Positions 19,191 through 28,877 of a stretch of DNA of 64,000 bases are shown piece by piece. A program made the translations under genes and the position numbers. Where the stretch lies: contig JAFOJO010000024.1 of NCBI GenBank assembly GCA_017421325.1, positions 27,005 to 91,004 of the forward strand, in the 5' to 3' direction. This stretch comes from Candidatus Saccharimonadota bacterium. GTDB taxonomy: Bacteria > Patescibacteriota > Saccharimonadia > Saccharimonadales > Saccharimonadaceae. The notes below the pieces were generated by a model. That model ran no database searches, was not told the DNA's origin, and was given only the letters and a program-made list of their open reading frames with translations. The first letter of the stretch is position 1. Each line of letters opens with the position of its first letter.

Positions 19191-21113
19191 TTAGTATTTT
19201 TTATTAAGGAATCTTTTCCTGGAGAATGCCCTCGCGCTAGCATATAGGCCGAGACTGCCACCAATGGCGAACACTATTATCGTTGCGTTATCAGACAGGA
19301 TGCCTCCGTTGGCGGTTTTTGTGATAGCACCAGTATCTGGTGGCGGTGGAGCGACCGAGACGGTCTGGCTGGCATTATCGAAATCTGAGTGAGAGAGGAT
19401 AAGCTCATCTCCATAGTAAAGCTCTTCGAAAATCACTAGATCTGTGCCGCCCAAATCTTTAGTATTTAGACTGTAGATCATTTCGGTAGTTCCGCAAGTG
19501 CTATCCGGTGTGAGCGTAATGGTTTGTTCTACTTTTTTACCATCAACCAAAAGTGGCTCTTTAGTGTTTTTGTTCATTACTACACCCTTAATAGTAAATT
19601 CCATATCCTCTTTAAGGCAGTAGTCCACCACATCTTTAATTTCTATATCTTCATTAAAAGCAACTATCTTATCGCCGTCGGCATTATCCGTAGCGGTGGT
19701 AGTGATACTAAACTCCGCACAGTCATTAGACCACTCACCAAGATCTACTACCTCGCCATTGGTTTTAATGGTAACAGTTTTCTTGGTGTCGCCAATATCG
19801 TAACAGAATTTGTTGGCATCGCATTCTAATTCGGTAATTTCATATGTGTCGTATGGGAGTGCCCCTTTGTCGTCATCTACGGCATTAGCTGCGCCAAACC
19901 AAGTGCCATAGGCAAGATATTCTATTTCATCTTCTTCCATATCGTCATAGCCATTAGTGTGGAATTTGTGGGAAGCGTGAGCTGCAGAAGTATCCACAAC
20001 GCCGTTTTCGTCCGACACAACTAAATGCTCCTCTTTGACGCCACTAGTAGATTTGATTTTGAAAACTACATTAGACATTGGCTCGCCGTCTACATCGCTG
20101 GTTTTAGTGAATTTGACATCGCCACGGATAACGTCGTCGTAAAATTTCAGTTCGTTAGCAGCACTACCAGCGATAATAGTAGGAGTCTGCTCTGACGCGG
20201 TAAGCAGATAGCTGACATTAGTTTTAGTTTCTTTAACTCGATATTTTATACCGATAGGCAAATTTCTAACGATAAGTAGCCCATTAGTATCGGTAGAGCC
20301 AGAAGCAATAAGAGTACCATCATTATAAAACTGACCATCGCCGGGATTGTAAATTCTGTTGCCAGAAGCATTATAGATTTCAAACTCAATACCACTAAAA
20401 TTGGCCTGGCCCTGTGCACTGTCACATTTTCTAGTCTCGCTGTCGCATTTTTGTATTTTAAGATCGCCATATTGAGGGTCAGACTTTATCCATACGACAG
20501 ACTGATAAAACGAGTCGCTGTCTGGATTAGTAGTGTAAAGCGTGTAATTTTTTGCAATTAGCCAAGCATCTGCATTATGGCTAATTGCATAGGCTAGACT
20601 TTCTTCGTCTTCGTCGGTACCGTTAGCTATCGTTCGAATTTTATCGAGGTTAGTAGACAGTCCGGCGTCATCGCCATTAATTACACCAATCGTGGCGTGA
20701 ATGTACGCAAAACGTTGGTCATCGGTGTTAGCCAAATTGCCATATAGAGCATTCACTAGCTCGTTGGCAGAGCCACTATTATTAGTGGCAAGGTAAACCA
20801 ATAGTTTAATTTTGTCGTTATTTAATGAAGAATAATCGTAGCTAGCGCCAGCCGGGGGGTTCTTAGACGGCTCTGCACAGAGGGCCTTATAAGGTTCTCC
20901 GCCTATCTCAACCGAATATCGATAAGTGGCACCGCTGCCATCATAACGTATAATCTCACCGCTACTGCTAACTTTCGCTTGTTCCCCTGCGGCTTCGACA
21001 ACACCAATTTGAATATTCTTCACCGCAATAAAAGCGCCTGCAATAATCGCAATGGAAGAGGTGAGTGCTAGTAAGAAGCGCTTCAGCAGCTTGGTTTTTA
21101 ATAATGTAAACAT
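19191..21113 (-). CDS. Gram-positive-type surface adhesin (thioester-like, SpaA/Cna-B-like and ester-bond/VaFE-like domains, PPDTG sorting signal)
   Basis: Signal/TM; ALCAEP..NPP; GDLKIQK, GDVKFTK and Y.VKE repeats; VIFEELY..HSDFDNASQTV; PPDTG + TM + basic tail. Confidence 0.7.
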   Translation of the reverse strand: MFTLLKTKLLKRFLLALTSSIAIIAGAFIAVKNIQIGVVEAAGEQAKVSSSGEIIRYDGSGATYRYSVEIGGEPYKALCAEPSKNPPAGASYDYSSLNNDKIKLLVYLATNNSGSANELVNALYGNLANTDDQRFAYIHATIGVINGDDAGLSTNLDKIRTIANGTDEDEESLAYAISHNADAWLIAKNYTLYTTNPDSDSFYQSVVWIKSDPQYGDLKIQKCDSETRKCDSAQGQANFSGIEFEIYNASGNRIYNPGDGQFYNDGTLIASGSTDTNGLLIVRNLPIGIKYRVKETKTNVSYLLTASEQTPTIIAGSAANELKFYDDVIRGDVKFTKTSDVDGEPMSNVVFKIKSTSGVKEEHLVVSDENGVVDTSAAHASHKFHTNGYDDMEEDEIEYLAYGTWFGAANAVDDDKGALPYDTYEITELECDANKFCYDIGDTKKTVTIKTNGEVVDLGEWSNDCAEFSITTTATDNADGDKIVAFNEDIEIKDVVDYCLKEDMEFTIKGVVMNKNTKEPLLVDGKKVEQTITLTPDSTCGTTEMIYSLNTKDLGGTDLVIFEELYYGDELILSHSDFDNASQTVSVAPPPPDTGAITKTANGGILSDNATIIVFAIGGSLGLYASARAFSRKRFLNKKY

Positions 21114-21330
21114 ACTTGTTCCTTTTATTTTATTTTTTGTGTTAGACCTTTTGTATCCTCATTATATACATAAGTTTTACGGTTGTCAAGAGTTTTTTGC
21201 AAGAATTTTGGTGAGATTTTTCTCTAAAAGCTCTTTACAAGTGGGGAAAAATAGTCTAAAATAGTATGGTAGAGTTTTGGAGCTGGTTTTTATTAGCGCT
21301 CCAACCGTAATGTAATAAAAAGGAGAATGA

Positions 21331-22515
21331 ATGGCAAATTTTGACCGTTCCAAGCCGCACATTAACGTCGGCACCATGGGTCATGTCGACCATGGTAAAA
21401 CCACTTTAACTGCTGCGATTACTAATGTACTCGCAAAGCGTTTGCCAAGTGATGTTAACAAGGCAGTCGCTTACGACCAAATCGATAACGCTCCAGAAGA
21501 GAAGGCTCGTGGTATCACCATCGCTACTTCTCACCAGGAGTATGAGTCTGAGAAGCGCCACTACGCACACGTAGACATGCCAGGCCACGCAGACTACATT
21601 AAGAACATGATTACCGGTGCCGCTCAGGTAGATGGCGCTATCTTGGTAGTTGCTGCCAATGATGGTCCTTTGCCACAGACTCGTGAGCACGTACTTCTCG
21701 CCCATCAGGTGAACGTACCAAAAATCATTGTGTTCCTAAACAAAATGGACCTAGCTGATCCAGAACTAGTAGAACTAGTAGAGATGGACGTACGTGACCT
21801 ATTGAACAAATATGGTTTCGATGGTGACAATGCGCCTATCATCAAAGGTTCCGCTACTAAGGCCCTTGAAGGCGATAAGGAAAACGAAGACGCTGTTATG
21901 GAACTCGTCAAAGCTATGGATGAGTACTTTGATGTACCAGAACACGATCTCGACAAACCATTCTTGATGCCAATCGAGGATGTCTTCTCTATCAAAGGCC
22001 GTGGCACTGTTGCTACTGGTCGTATCGAGCAGGGCGTCGTAAAATTGAACGATGAAGTTGAAATCGTTGGTCTTAAAGACACTCAAAAGTCGGTTGTAAC
22101 TGGTATCGAAGCCTTCCATAAGACTTTGGACCAAGGTCAAGCTGGCGATAACGCTGGTTTGCTCCTTCGTGGTATCGAGCGCGATCAAATCGAACGCGGT
22201 CAGGTGATTGCAAAGCCTGGTTCAATCACTCCTCATACCGAGTTTGAAGCTCAGGTTTACATCCTCAAGAAAGAGGAAGGTGGTCGTCACACTCCATTTT
22301 CTAAGGGTTACAAGCCACAATTCTACTTCCGCACCACTGACGTGACCGGCGAAGTAGAACTTCCAGCCGATAAGGAAATCGTCATGCCTGGCGATCAGGT
22401 GACCTTCAAGGTTAAATTGCTCGCTCCAGTAGCTATGAACGAGCAAGATCGTTTCGCTATCCGTGAGGGTGGTAAGACTGTTGGCTCCGGTGTTATCACT
22501 AAGGTTATAAAATAA
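21331..22515 (+). CDS. tuf: Elongation factor Tu
   Basis: [25 protein letters not shown]. Confidence 0.99.
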   Translation: MANFDRSKPHINVGTMGHVDHGKTTLTAAITNVLAKRLPSDVNKAVAYDQIDNAPEEKARGITIATSHQEYESEKRHYAHVDMPGHADYIKNMITGAAQVDGAILVVAANDGPLPQTREHVLLAHQVNVPKIIVFLNKMDLADPELVELVEMDVRDLLNKYGFDGDNAPIIKGSATKALEGDKENEDAVMELVKAMDEYFDVPEHDLDKPFLMPIEDVFSIKGRGTVATGRIEQGVVKLNDEVEIVGLKDTQKSVVTGIEAFHKTLDQGQAGDNAGLLLRGIERDQIERGQVIAKPGSITPHTEFEAQVYILKKEEGGRHTPFSKGYKPQFYFRTTDVTGEVELPADKEIVMPGDQVTFKVKLLAPVAMNEQDRFAIREGGKTVGSGVITKVIK

Positions 22516-22529
22516 TATAGCCACTTTTA

Positions 22530-22555
22530 AAAATAGCCCCTTAAGGGGCTATTTT
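22530..22555 (+). terminator. tuf terminator
   Basis: AAAATAGCCCC-TTAA-GGGGCTATTTT. Confidence 0.85.
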
Positions 22556-22574
22556 TGTGGCTATTTGGTTTTCT

Positions 22575-22725
22575 TGTTCCAGTTACCGGAACCGTTATTG
22601 GGGCGCTATGCTTCGTTAGGAGATGCGCTGCTCATTCGCCGTACGTTAAGTACGGCTCGGTTCGATGCTCCTCCTGCCTCACCTAGCACTCCTACTAACG
22701 ATTTGTCGGAATAGTTACAAATCGC
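22575..22725. repeat. REP-like multi-hairpin element
   Basis: Stems GCCGTAC/GTACGGC, CGTTAG/CTAACG, CGATTTGT/ACAAATCG, GTTCC/GGAAC. Confidence 0.5.
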
Positions 22726-22821
22726 AAATTTTACTTTATATGAAAAATATGTTAAAATATAAGGATGGGGGAGTTCTTTTATTGTTTGGTTGGAAAATAT
22801 GGTTTAAAGGAGTGATGTAAT

Positions 22822-23805
22822 TTGGAATTTCAAAAAAAATACGGAAGTTTCGAACATATCGCATCTGGCAAGGTGCGCGAAGTTTACCTGAGTGAGGAAA
22901 ATGATGAAATAATGATGGTGGCGACCGACCGAGTTTCGGCTTTTGATCAAAAGCTCGGTATCGAAATTCCGGACAAAGGCAAGATTCTGACGGCCATATC
23001 AGCCGAGTTTGCATGTTTGGCTCAAGAAAGCTGGGGCATCCGGACTGCATATCATTACGCGGGTACACCTTGCTCCCAGGTTGTTATTGGCTGCTTTATG
23101 CTTCGTCAATTTAAAGACTATAATATTATCGGTACCGCACCCGAGCTATCTGGTCGCTTTACTCTTATGGAAAACCTTCAAATGTTCCCGGTGGAATGCA
23201 TTGTACGCGGATACCTGTTTGGTAGCATTTGGAAACTCTACGAACAGGGTGAACGCGTAATCTGCGGCGTGAAATTGCCCGATGGGCTAGTAAAGGGTAG
23301 TAAATTGGAAGAGCCAATCTTCACGCCCACCACCAAAGCCCCGGAAGGCGAACATGACGAGAACATCACACTCGAAGAAATGACGATAATACTTGGGAAA
23401 ACTGGTATGGTATTTGATGCCTGGGAAACCGCTACGGAGATCCGCGATTTATGTATCGAGCTTTACCAAAAAGCCGGCACATGGGCATACGAACGTGGCC
23501 TTATTATCGCCGATACTAAATTCGAGTTGGGATTATATAGGCTCAATGATGAAGTTGGCGTACGCATTTGCTTCGGCGACGAGATTTTAACGCCGGATTC
23601 TTCACGTTTTTGGGATGCAGAAACATACGTCCCGGGCGAAGAGCCAAAATCCTACGATAAACAGATCATTCGAGATTATTTGGCGGAAGCTCAGGCTCGC
23701 GGCGAAGTTAATCCTACCTTGCCTGCTGATATTATCGAGAAAACTCGCCAGCGTTATATCGAGCTCTATGAAAAGCTCTTTGATAAAACTTGGCCGAAAG
23801 GTTGA
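22822..23805 (+). CDS. purC: SAICAR synthetase
   Basis: SGKVREVY, ATDRVSAFD, ECIVRGYL.GS, FTPTTKA, ADTKFE, DEILTPDSSRFW, SYDKQ; TTG start with AAGGAG. Confidence 0.93.
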   Translation: MEFQKKYGSFEHIASGKVREVYLSEENDEIMMVATDRVSAFDQKLGIEIPDKGKILTAISAEFACLAQESWGIRTAYHYAGTPCSQVVIGCFMLRQFKDYNIIGTAPELSGRFTLMENLQMFPVECIVRGYLFGSIWKLYEQGERVICGVKLPDGLVKGSKLEEPIFTPTTKAPEGEHDENITLEEMTIILGKTGMVFDAWETATEIRDLCIELYQKAGTWAYERGLIIADTKFELGLYRLNDEVGVRICFGDEILTPDSSRFWDAETYVPGEEPKSYDKQIIRDYLAEAQARGEVNPTLPADIIEKTRQRYIELYEKLFDKTWPKG

Positions 23806-23897
23806 CTATTCAACTGAACCCCCCACTCCAACCAAATCCCTCGCTCACGCGGGGGATTTTTGTGATATAATGTAGAATAATAAGCATAAGGAGTATA

Positions 23898-24182
23898 ATG
23901 AGCGAGAAAAAGAGTATTTATAGTTTAAGCATTAAGGAAATGCGGAAATTACTACGGGGTTTTTCTAATACTTTGTATGGACGAACGGTGTTTTTTTTGG
24001 CTTATTTTGTGCCGATGATGGCATTTCTAGTGATGACAGGGCTAGTAGTAGCCGAAATGATCAGGCCAGAATATGAACTATTTTATCCAATTATGGGCAC
24101 ATTCTTCCTCTTTATCGGCGTATTTATTTTGGGAAATATTTACTATTATCACGAACTTCGCGTGTTCGCCGAGAAAAGATAG
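23898..24182 (+). CDS. Small two-TM membrane protein
   Basis: Own TATAAT, SD AAGGAG, two hydrophobic segments. Confidence 0.7.
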   Translation: MSEKKSIYSLSIKEMRKLLRGFSNTLYGRTVFFLAYFVPMMAFLVMTGLVVAEMIRPEYELFYPIMGTFFLFIGVFILGNIYYYHELRVFAEKR

Positions 24183-24361
24183 TGGAGGTAGCGACTATTT
24201 ACTTAATAATACACTGAGGTCATCTGTTGACAGTGGCTGCTTGATTTTTGGGGCGAAGTGTGGTATAATGGGGGTATATTAAATTAATTATCTACCTCTA
24301 AAAACTTATCGACAGACCATCTAAGCGTTTATCTAAGGTTATAGGGAAGAAAGGAAAAAAT

Positions 24362-24688
24362 ATGGCAGAAGCCAAGAAAAACGAAGGCCTGAAGATCCGG
24401 ATTCGGCTGAAGGCTTATGATCACCGCGTGATTGATCAAAGTGCAAGGCAAATCGTAGACACCGCTATCCGCACTGGAGCAAGCGTAAGTGGGCCCATCC
24501 CACTACCTACCAAGCGTAGCACCTTTACCGTAGTAAAGTCGCCACATGTATACAAGACCGGTGGCGAAGCTTTCGAGATGAAGGTGCATAAGCGTTTGAT
24601 TGATATTTCCAACGCTACCCCAAAGACAATTGAGAGTTTGCAAAACCTCTCGCTCCCAGCTGGCGTGGACGCAGAAATTAAGATGTAA
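24362..24688 (+). CDS. rpsJ: 30S ribosomal protein S10
   Basis: [29 protein letters not shown]. Confidence 0.99.
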   Translation: MAEAKKNEGLKIRIRLKAYDHRVIDQSARQIVDTAIRTGASVSGPIPLPTKRSTFTVVKSPHVYKTGGEAFEMKVHKRLIDISNATPKTIESLQNLSLPAGVDAEIKM

Positions 24689-24732
24689 CACCAAAATCCC
24701 CCGAATGGGGGATTTTTTGATATAATAGATAT

Positions 24733-26007
24733 ATGAGTAAAACCGCTAAGTTAAAGAAGCGCTTTTATTTCGTGGCGGCGAAATATTTTCGGCATTTTGC
24801 AGATAGAACTCTGAAACGTTGGCAGCCACGCGTGATTGCGATTACTGGTTCGGCAGGGAAGACCACCATGCTAAACCTAATGGAGCACGAAATGGGTAAA
24901 AAAGCGCATTACTCGCACGATGCAAACTCTGCATTTGGGGTGAGTTTTGATATTTTGGGGCTTAAAGGCGTGCGTGGGTCCAAACTACGCTGGATACATC
25001 TGTTCGCGGCAGCACCATTTAAAGCGCTGTTTTCGCGTCATAAAGAGAAGTTTTATGTGGTAGAAATAGATGGCGAGCGCCCACATGAAGCCGAGTTTTT
25101 GGCGAAATGGCTGAAGCCAGAAGTGACTATTTGGGTGTCTATTGGTAGATCACACGCGGTGCAGTTTGAAAAAGAGGTGGAAGAGGGCAGATTTAAGAAC
25201 CTAGACGAAGCAATTACGGCAGAATTTGCCAATTTGCCGCAAAATACCACCAAAAGAGTATATATAGATGCAAATTCTAAGATGATGAAGGCGGCCACTA
25301 AGGGCATTTCTGCCAAAGTAGTACCAATTAATAAAAATATTATTAAGAAATATGTGGTTTATCCAGATTCTACGGATTTTACCTATGGCGACACTACTTT
25401 TCACTTTAATCACCCCGAGCCAAAAGACATTGCGTTTAATTTATTGGTATTGCAAGATTTGATGAAATATCTGAAATTATCGTTTAAGGCGGATTTCTCA
25501 GATATTAAAATGGCGCCAGGAAGATGTTCATATTTTAAGGGGAAGAAGGGTATAGACATAGTAGATAGTAGCTACAATGCGCACATGATTTCGATGGCAT
25601 CGGTGCTAGATATGGCAAAGCGCATGCATGCCGAGAAAAAGTGGCTGGTAATTGGCGACATTGTAGACCAAGGGTCTACCGAAGCGGAAGAGCATAAGAA
25701 ATTGGCACATTTAATCGCCGAAGTAGAGCCAGATAAGGTGATACTAGTAGGCCGACGTACCAAAAAATACACTGCGCCGGAGTTAAAAAAGCTAGGCGTA
25801 TCGGCAGTGGCAACCTTAGATCCACGCAAGGCTTTAGAATATATAGAGAAGCGCTCACGTGGCACGGAAACGATTATCTTTAAGGGGAGCCAATATCTAG
25901 AATGGATTATTGAAAAGTTACTAGCCGATCCGAAGGACGCGAAAAAATTATGCCGACGCGAAAAAGCAGCAGTACAACGGCGTAAAAGTTGGGGGTTGGA
26001 TTCGTGA
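24733..26007 (+). CDS. Mur ligase family protein (MurF-like)
   Basis: AITGSAGKTT P-loop, DSSYNA, FKGSQ. Confidence 0.8.
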   Translation: MSKTAKLKKRFYFVAAKYFRHFADRTLKRWQPRVIAITGSAGKTTMLNLMEHEMGKKAHYSHDANSAFGVSFDILGLKGVRGSKLRWIHLFAAAPFKALFSRHKEKFYVVEIDGERPHEAEFLAKWLKPEVTIWVSIGRSHAVQFEKEVEEGRFKNLDEAITAEFANLPQNTTKRVYIDANSKMMKAATKGISAKVVPINKNIIKKYVVYPDSTDFTYGDTTFHFNHPEPKDIAFNLLVLQDLMKYLKLSFKADFSDIKMAPGRCSYFKGKKGIDIVDSSYNAHMISMASVLDMAKRMHAEKKWLVIGDIVDQGSTEAEEHKKLAHLIAEVEPDKVILVGRRTKKYTAPELKKLGVSAVATLDPRKALEYIEKRSRGTETIIFKGSQYLEWIIEKLLADPKDAKKLCRREKAAVQRRKSWGLDS

Positions 26008-26044
26008 TTTTAGAATTTAGGTGCATTAAAAAAGGAGGTAAATA

Positions 26045-26725
26045 ATGGCGGATCTTTATATTATTCATGGGTGGACATATACGGTAGAGCCATGGAAAAA
26101 TACTTTGGCTATGCTTCGCGATAACGGCATTAGCGTAAAGATGTTACATGTGCCGGGGCTAACCGAGAAATCCGACAAAGTTTACACGATAGATGATTAT
26201 GTAAAATGGGCGGATGAGAATATTCCAGATGGCGCAGTGGCGCTAGGGCATTCTAACGGGGGGCGGATTTTGCTGAATTTATGCGCAGATAGCCCAGAGA
26301 AATTAAAATATCTGATTTTACTAGATGCGGCAGGGGTATACGAGCCATCTGCGCGAAAAAGATTAGTAGAAAAAGTGGCGAAAATTGGTAAGCCCCTAAA
26401 AAAAGTACCAATTATAGATAAAGCGTTTCATAAAATTACCGGCTCTACAGATTATTCGCGGGCGCCAGAGAATATGAAACAGACCTTGGCGAATATGTTA
26501 GAGTCTGATAAGGATTTAGACTTTAGTAAAGTCACTACTAAGACTTTTATCCTGTGGGGTAAGAAAGATACAACTACGCCACCCCGCCAGGCCACTACAA
26601 TGTACGAGAAATTACCCAATGCCGAGCTAAAGTTTTATGCTAACTGGACACACGCACCGTATATTTCTAGCCCAGAAGAGTTAGCCCGCGCCCTGACCAC
26701 GCTAATTAAGAGGATTAAAAAGTGA
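26045..26725 (+). CDS. Alpha/beta hydrolase
   Basis: IIHGW, GHSNGG nucleophile elbow, LWGKKD, HAPY. Confidence 0.85.
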   Translation: MADLYIIHGWTYTVEPWKNTLAMLRDNGISVKMLHVPGLTEKSDKVYTIDDYVKWADENIPDGAVALGHSNGGRILLNLCADSPEKLKYLILLDAAGVYEPSARKRLVEKVAKIGKPLKKVPIIDKAFHKITGSTDYSRAPENMKQTLANMLESDKDLDFSKVTTKTFILWGKKDTTTPPRQATTMYEKLPNAELKFYANWTHAPYISSPEELARALTTLIKRIKK

Positions 26726-27906
26726 AGCGCTACTTTTTAGGTATGGCAGCAAATTATAAAGGGCGGCTGTGGGCGCACACTTTTGCGATAGGGCGCGAGC
26801 GCGACCGCGGAGCCTTGCAAAGGTTTTTGACCAAAAAATATGGTGGGCAGGCGATTTTAACTAAAAATGGTAGGTCTGCACTGGCTTTAGCTCTGAAAGC
26901 ATATTTTGAGCCGGGGGATGCGGTGATCGTAAATGGGTTTACTTGCTATGCGGTTTATGAGGCGGTGAAAGCTGCTGGACTAGTGCCGGTATGGGCGGAT
27001 ATTTCGAGTGGGGATCTAAACTATAATGCCACAACTTTAACCGCCGCTCTCCGGGCGGGTCCTGCCGTCGCAGCTTCCCCCACTGTGCTCGACTCGCGTC
27101 TGCGCGCAGCGGGGGACCCCCCAGCTCCGTCACCCGCCCGTATAAAGCCGGTAGGCATCATCATTCAAAACTCACTTGGTAACCCAGTAGATATTGCCGC
27201 TATTGAAAAATTCGCCAAAAAGCATAACCTCACAATTATCGAAGACCTAGCGCACTGTGCTGGAGTGAAATACCCGGATGGGCGGGAGGCCGGTACAGTG
27301 GGGACAGCCGCGGCTCTGTCTTTTGGTAAAGACAAAGCTATAGATACAATTTCTGGCGGAGCGGTAGTGCTTCGCGACCCTTGTAAAACGGCGATTAAAG
27401 CGCCTAGTAAACTTCCGAAAGTTTCTGATACTCTACGGGCGAGATTTTACCCGCTGCTAGGATCTATCGCTCGCGGGTTATCTCATGTACGCCTAGGCGG
27501 AGCATTTATGCGGTGCCTGGTAAAAATCCACTGGGTAGAGAAGTCGGCCGATAATAAGCTGGATTTAGAGCGAAAAATTGCCAAATTTGAAGCCAAACTA
27601 GCCTTGAAACAACTAAAAAATTTGAAAAAATCTGGCGAACCACCTTTGAGAGAGTTTTATTTGGTGCGCGATAGGGCGGAAGTACTAAAGAAATTGCAAG
27701 AAAAGGGCTACTACTTTGGTGGGTTTTGGTATGAAAAACCGGTATCACCGGAAAGATATTACAAAAAAGTACATTTTCCAGAAGATAAATGCCTGGTAGC
27801 TACAGAGGTGGCGGCAAAGATTATCAATTTTCCAACTTATTACAGCAAAAAAGATTTAGAGCCAGCGCACAAAATTGTAGCGGAATATATGGAGGGTGAA
27901 AAATGA
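26722..27906 (+). CDS. DegT/DnrJ/EryC1/StrS PLP aminotransferase with in-frame palindromic insertion
   Basis: GRSAL, IIEDLAH, SFGKDK; P/A-rich insert near residues 105-145. Confidence 0.85.
   Translation: MKRYFLGMAANYKGRLWAHTFAIGRERDRGALQRFLTKKYGGQAILTKNGRSALALALKAYFEPGDAVIVNGFTCYAVYEAVKAAGLVPVWADISSGDLNYNATTLTAALRAGPAVAASPTVLDSRLRAAGDPPAPSPARIKPVGIIIQNSLGNPVDIAAIEKFAKKHNLTIIEDLAHCAGVKYPDGREAGTVGTAAALSFGKDKAIDTISGGAVVLRDPCKTAIKAPSKLPKVSDTLRARFYPLLGSIARGLSHVRLGGAFMRCLVKIHWVEKSADNKLDLERKIAKFEAKLALKQLKNLKKSGEPPLREFYLVRDRAEVLKKLQEKGYYFGGFWYEKPVSPERYYKKVHFPEDKCLVATEVAAKIINFPTYYSKKDLEPAHKIVAEYMEGEK
27052..27140. repeat. GC-rich palindrome inside coding sequence
   Basis: CGGGCGGGT/ACCCGCCCG ends, inner TCCCCCACTGTGC/GCGCAGCGGGGGA. 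Confidence 0.65.
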
Positions 27907-28877
27907 ATTGGCAAGAGGTAATTAAAAAATTCCCAGAGGCGAATATTTTGCAATCGCCAGCGTACGGTAAGATGAACGAGCTACTCGGTGCCAAGGTGAT
28001 AGAGGAAGATTTCGGAGGAAAAGGACGCGCTCTAATGATAGTGCGAGATGCCAAGCGTGGGCGATACTTAGAAATTCCGTGCGGGCCCTTGCTAGATTAT
28101 AAAGATAAAAAGACAGTAAAAGCTGCGTTTGAAAAAATTGCCGAAATCGCCAAAAAAGAAAAGTGTGTGTTTGTACGAGTGCGACCACAATTAATAAATA
28201 CTCCGGAAAATTTACAACTTTTGGCGGATTTGGGGCTGAAAAAATCGCCCATGCACCTAGCCGCAGAACATACAGTAATTATAGATTTAACTAAATCGGA
28301 GGATGAGCTGCTCGCCAATATGCGCCGGCAAACCAGATACGAAGTGCGCCGGGCTGACAAGCAGGGAATCAAAGTAGAGAAATCACAGAGCGAGGAGATT
28401 TTTAAAGAATTCCGCAAGGTACAGGCTGAGACGGCCAAGCGGCAAGGGTTTGTGCCACCTAATCTAAAGACTTTAATGGCAGAGCGGGAAGCCTTTGGTG
28501 ATAATGTTGCGATTTATTTAGCGAAAACTGATGACGGTAAGCCAATTGCCTACGGCATGATTATCAAAGACGGCAAAGAAGGGGATTATTATGAGGCAGC
28601 TTCTACGGATTTACATCGTAAAATGCCTGGGGCGTATGCTTTGCTTTGGCAAGCAATGAAAGATTTGAAGGCCGAGGGCTATGAAAGGTTTAATCTATGG
28701 GGGATTGCGCCGCCAGGGCAGCCAAATCACCGCTATGCCGGGGTGACCACCTTTAAAACGGGGTTTGGTGGCGAAGTGGTAGAATATGTGCCGGCACACG
28801 ATATGGTAATTTCGAAAGCCAAGTATTTGAAAAATTGGCTGGTGGAAACAGCACGCAAAAAACGGAGGCATTTGTGA
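27903..28877 (+). CDS. FemABX-family peptidoglycan bridge transferase
   Basis: ILQS, GPLLD, FVRVRP, TRYEVRRA, FNLWGI, FKTGF. Confidence 0.85.
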   Translation: MNWQEVIKKFPEANILQSPAYGKMNELLGAKVIEEDFGGKGRALMIVRDAKRGRYLEIPCGPLLDYKDKKTVKAAFEKIAEIAKKEKCVFVRVRPQLINTPENLQLLADLGLKKSPMHLAAEHTVIIDLTKSEDELLANMRRQTRYEVRRADKQGIKVEKSQSEEIFKEFRKVQAETAKRQGFVPPNLKTLMAEREAFGDNVAIYLAKTDDGKPIAYGMIIKDGKEGDYYEAASTDLHRKMPGAYALLWQAMKDLKAEGYERFNLWGIAPPGQPNHRYAGVTTFKTGFGGEVVEYVPAHDMVISKAKYLKNWLVETARKKRRHL

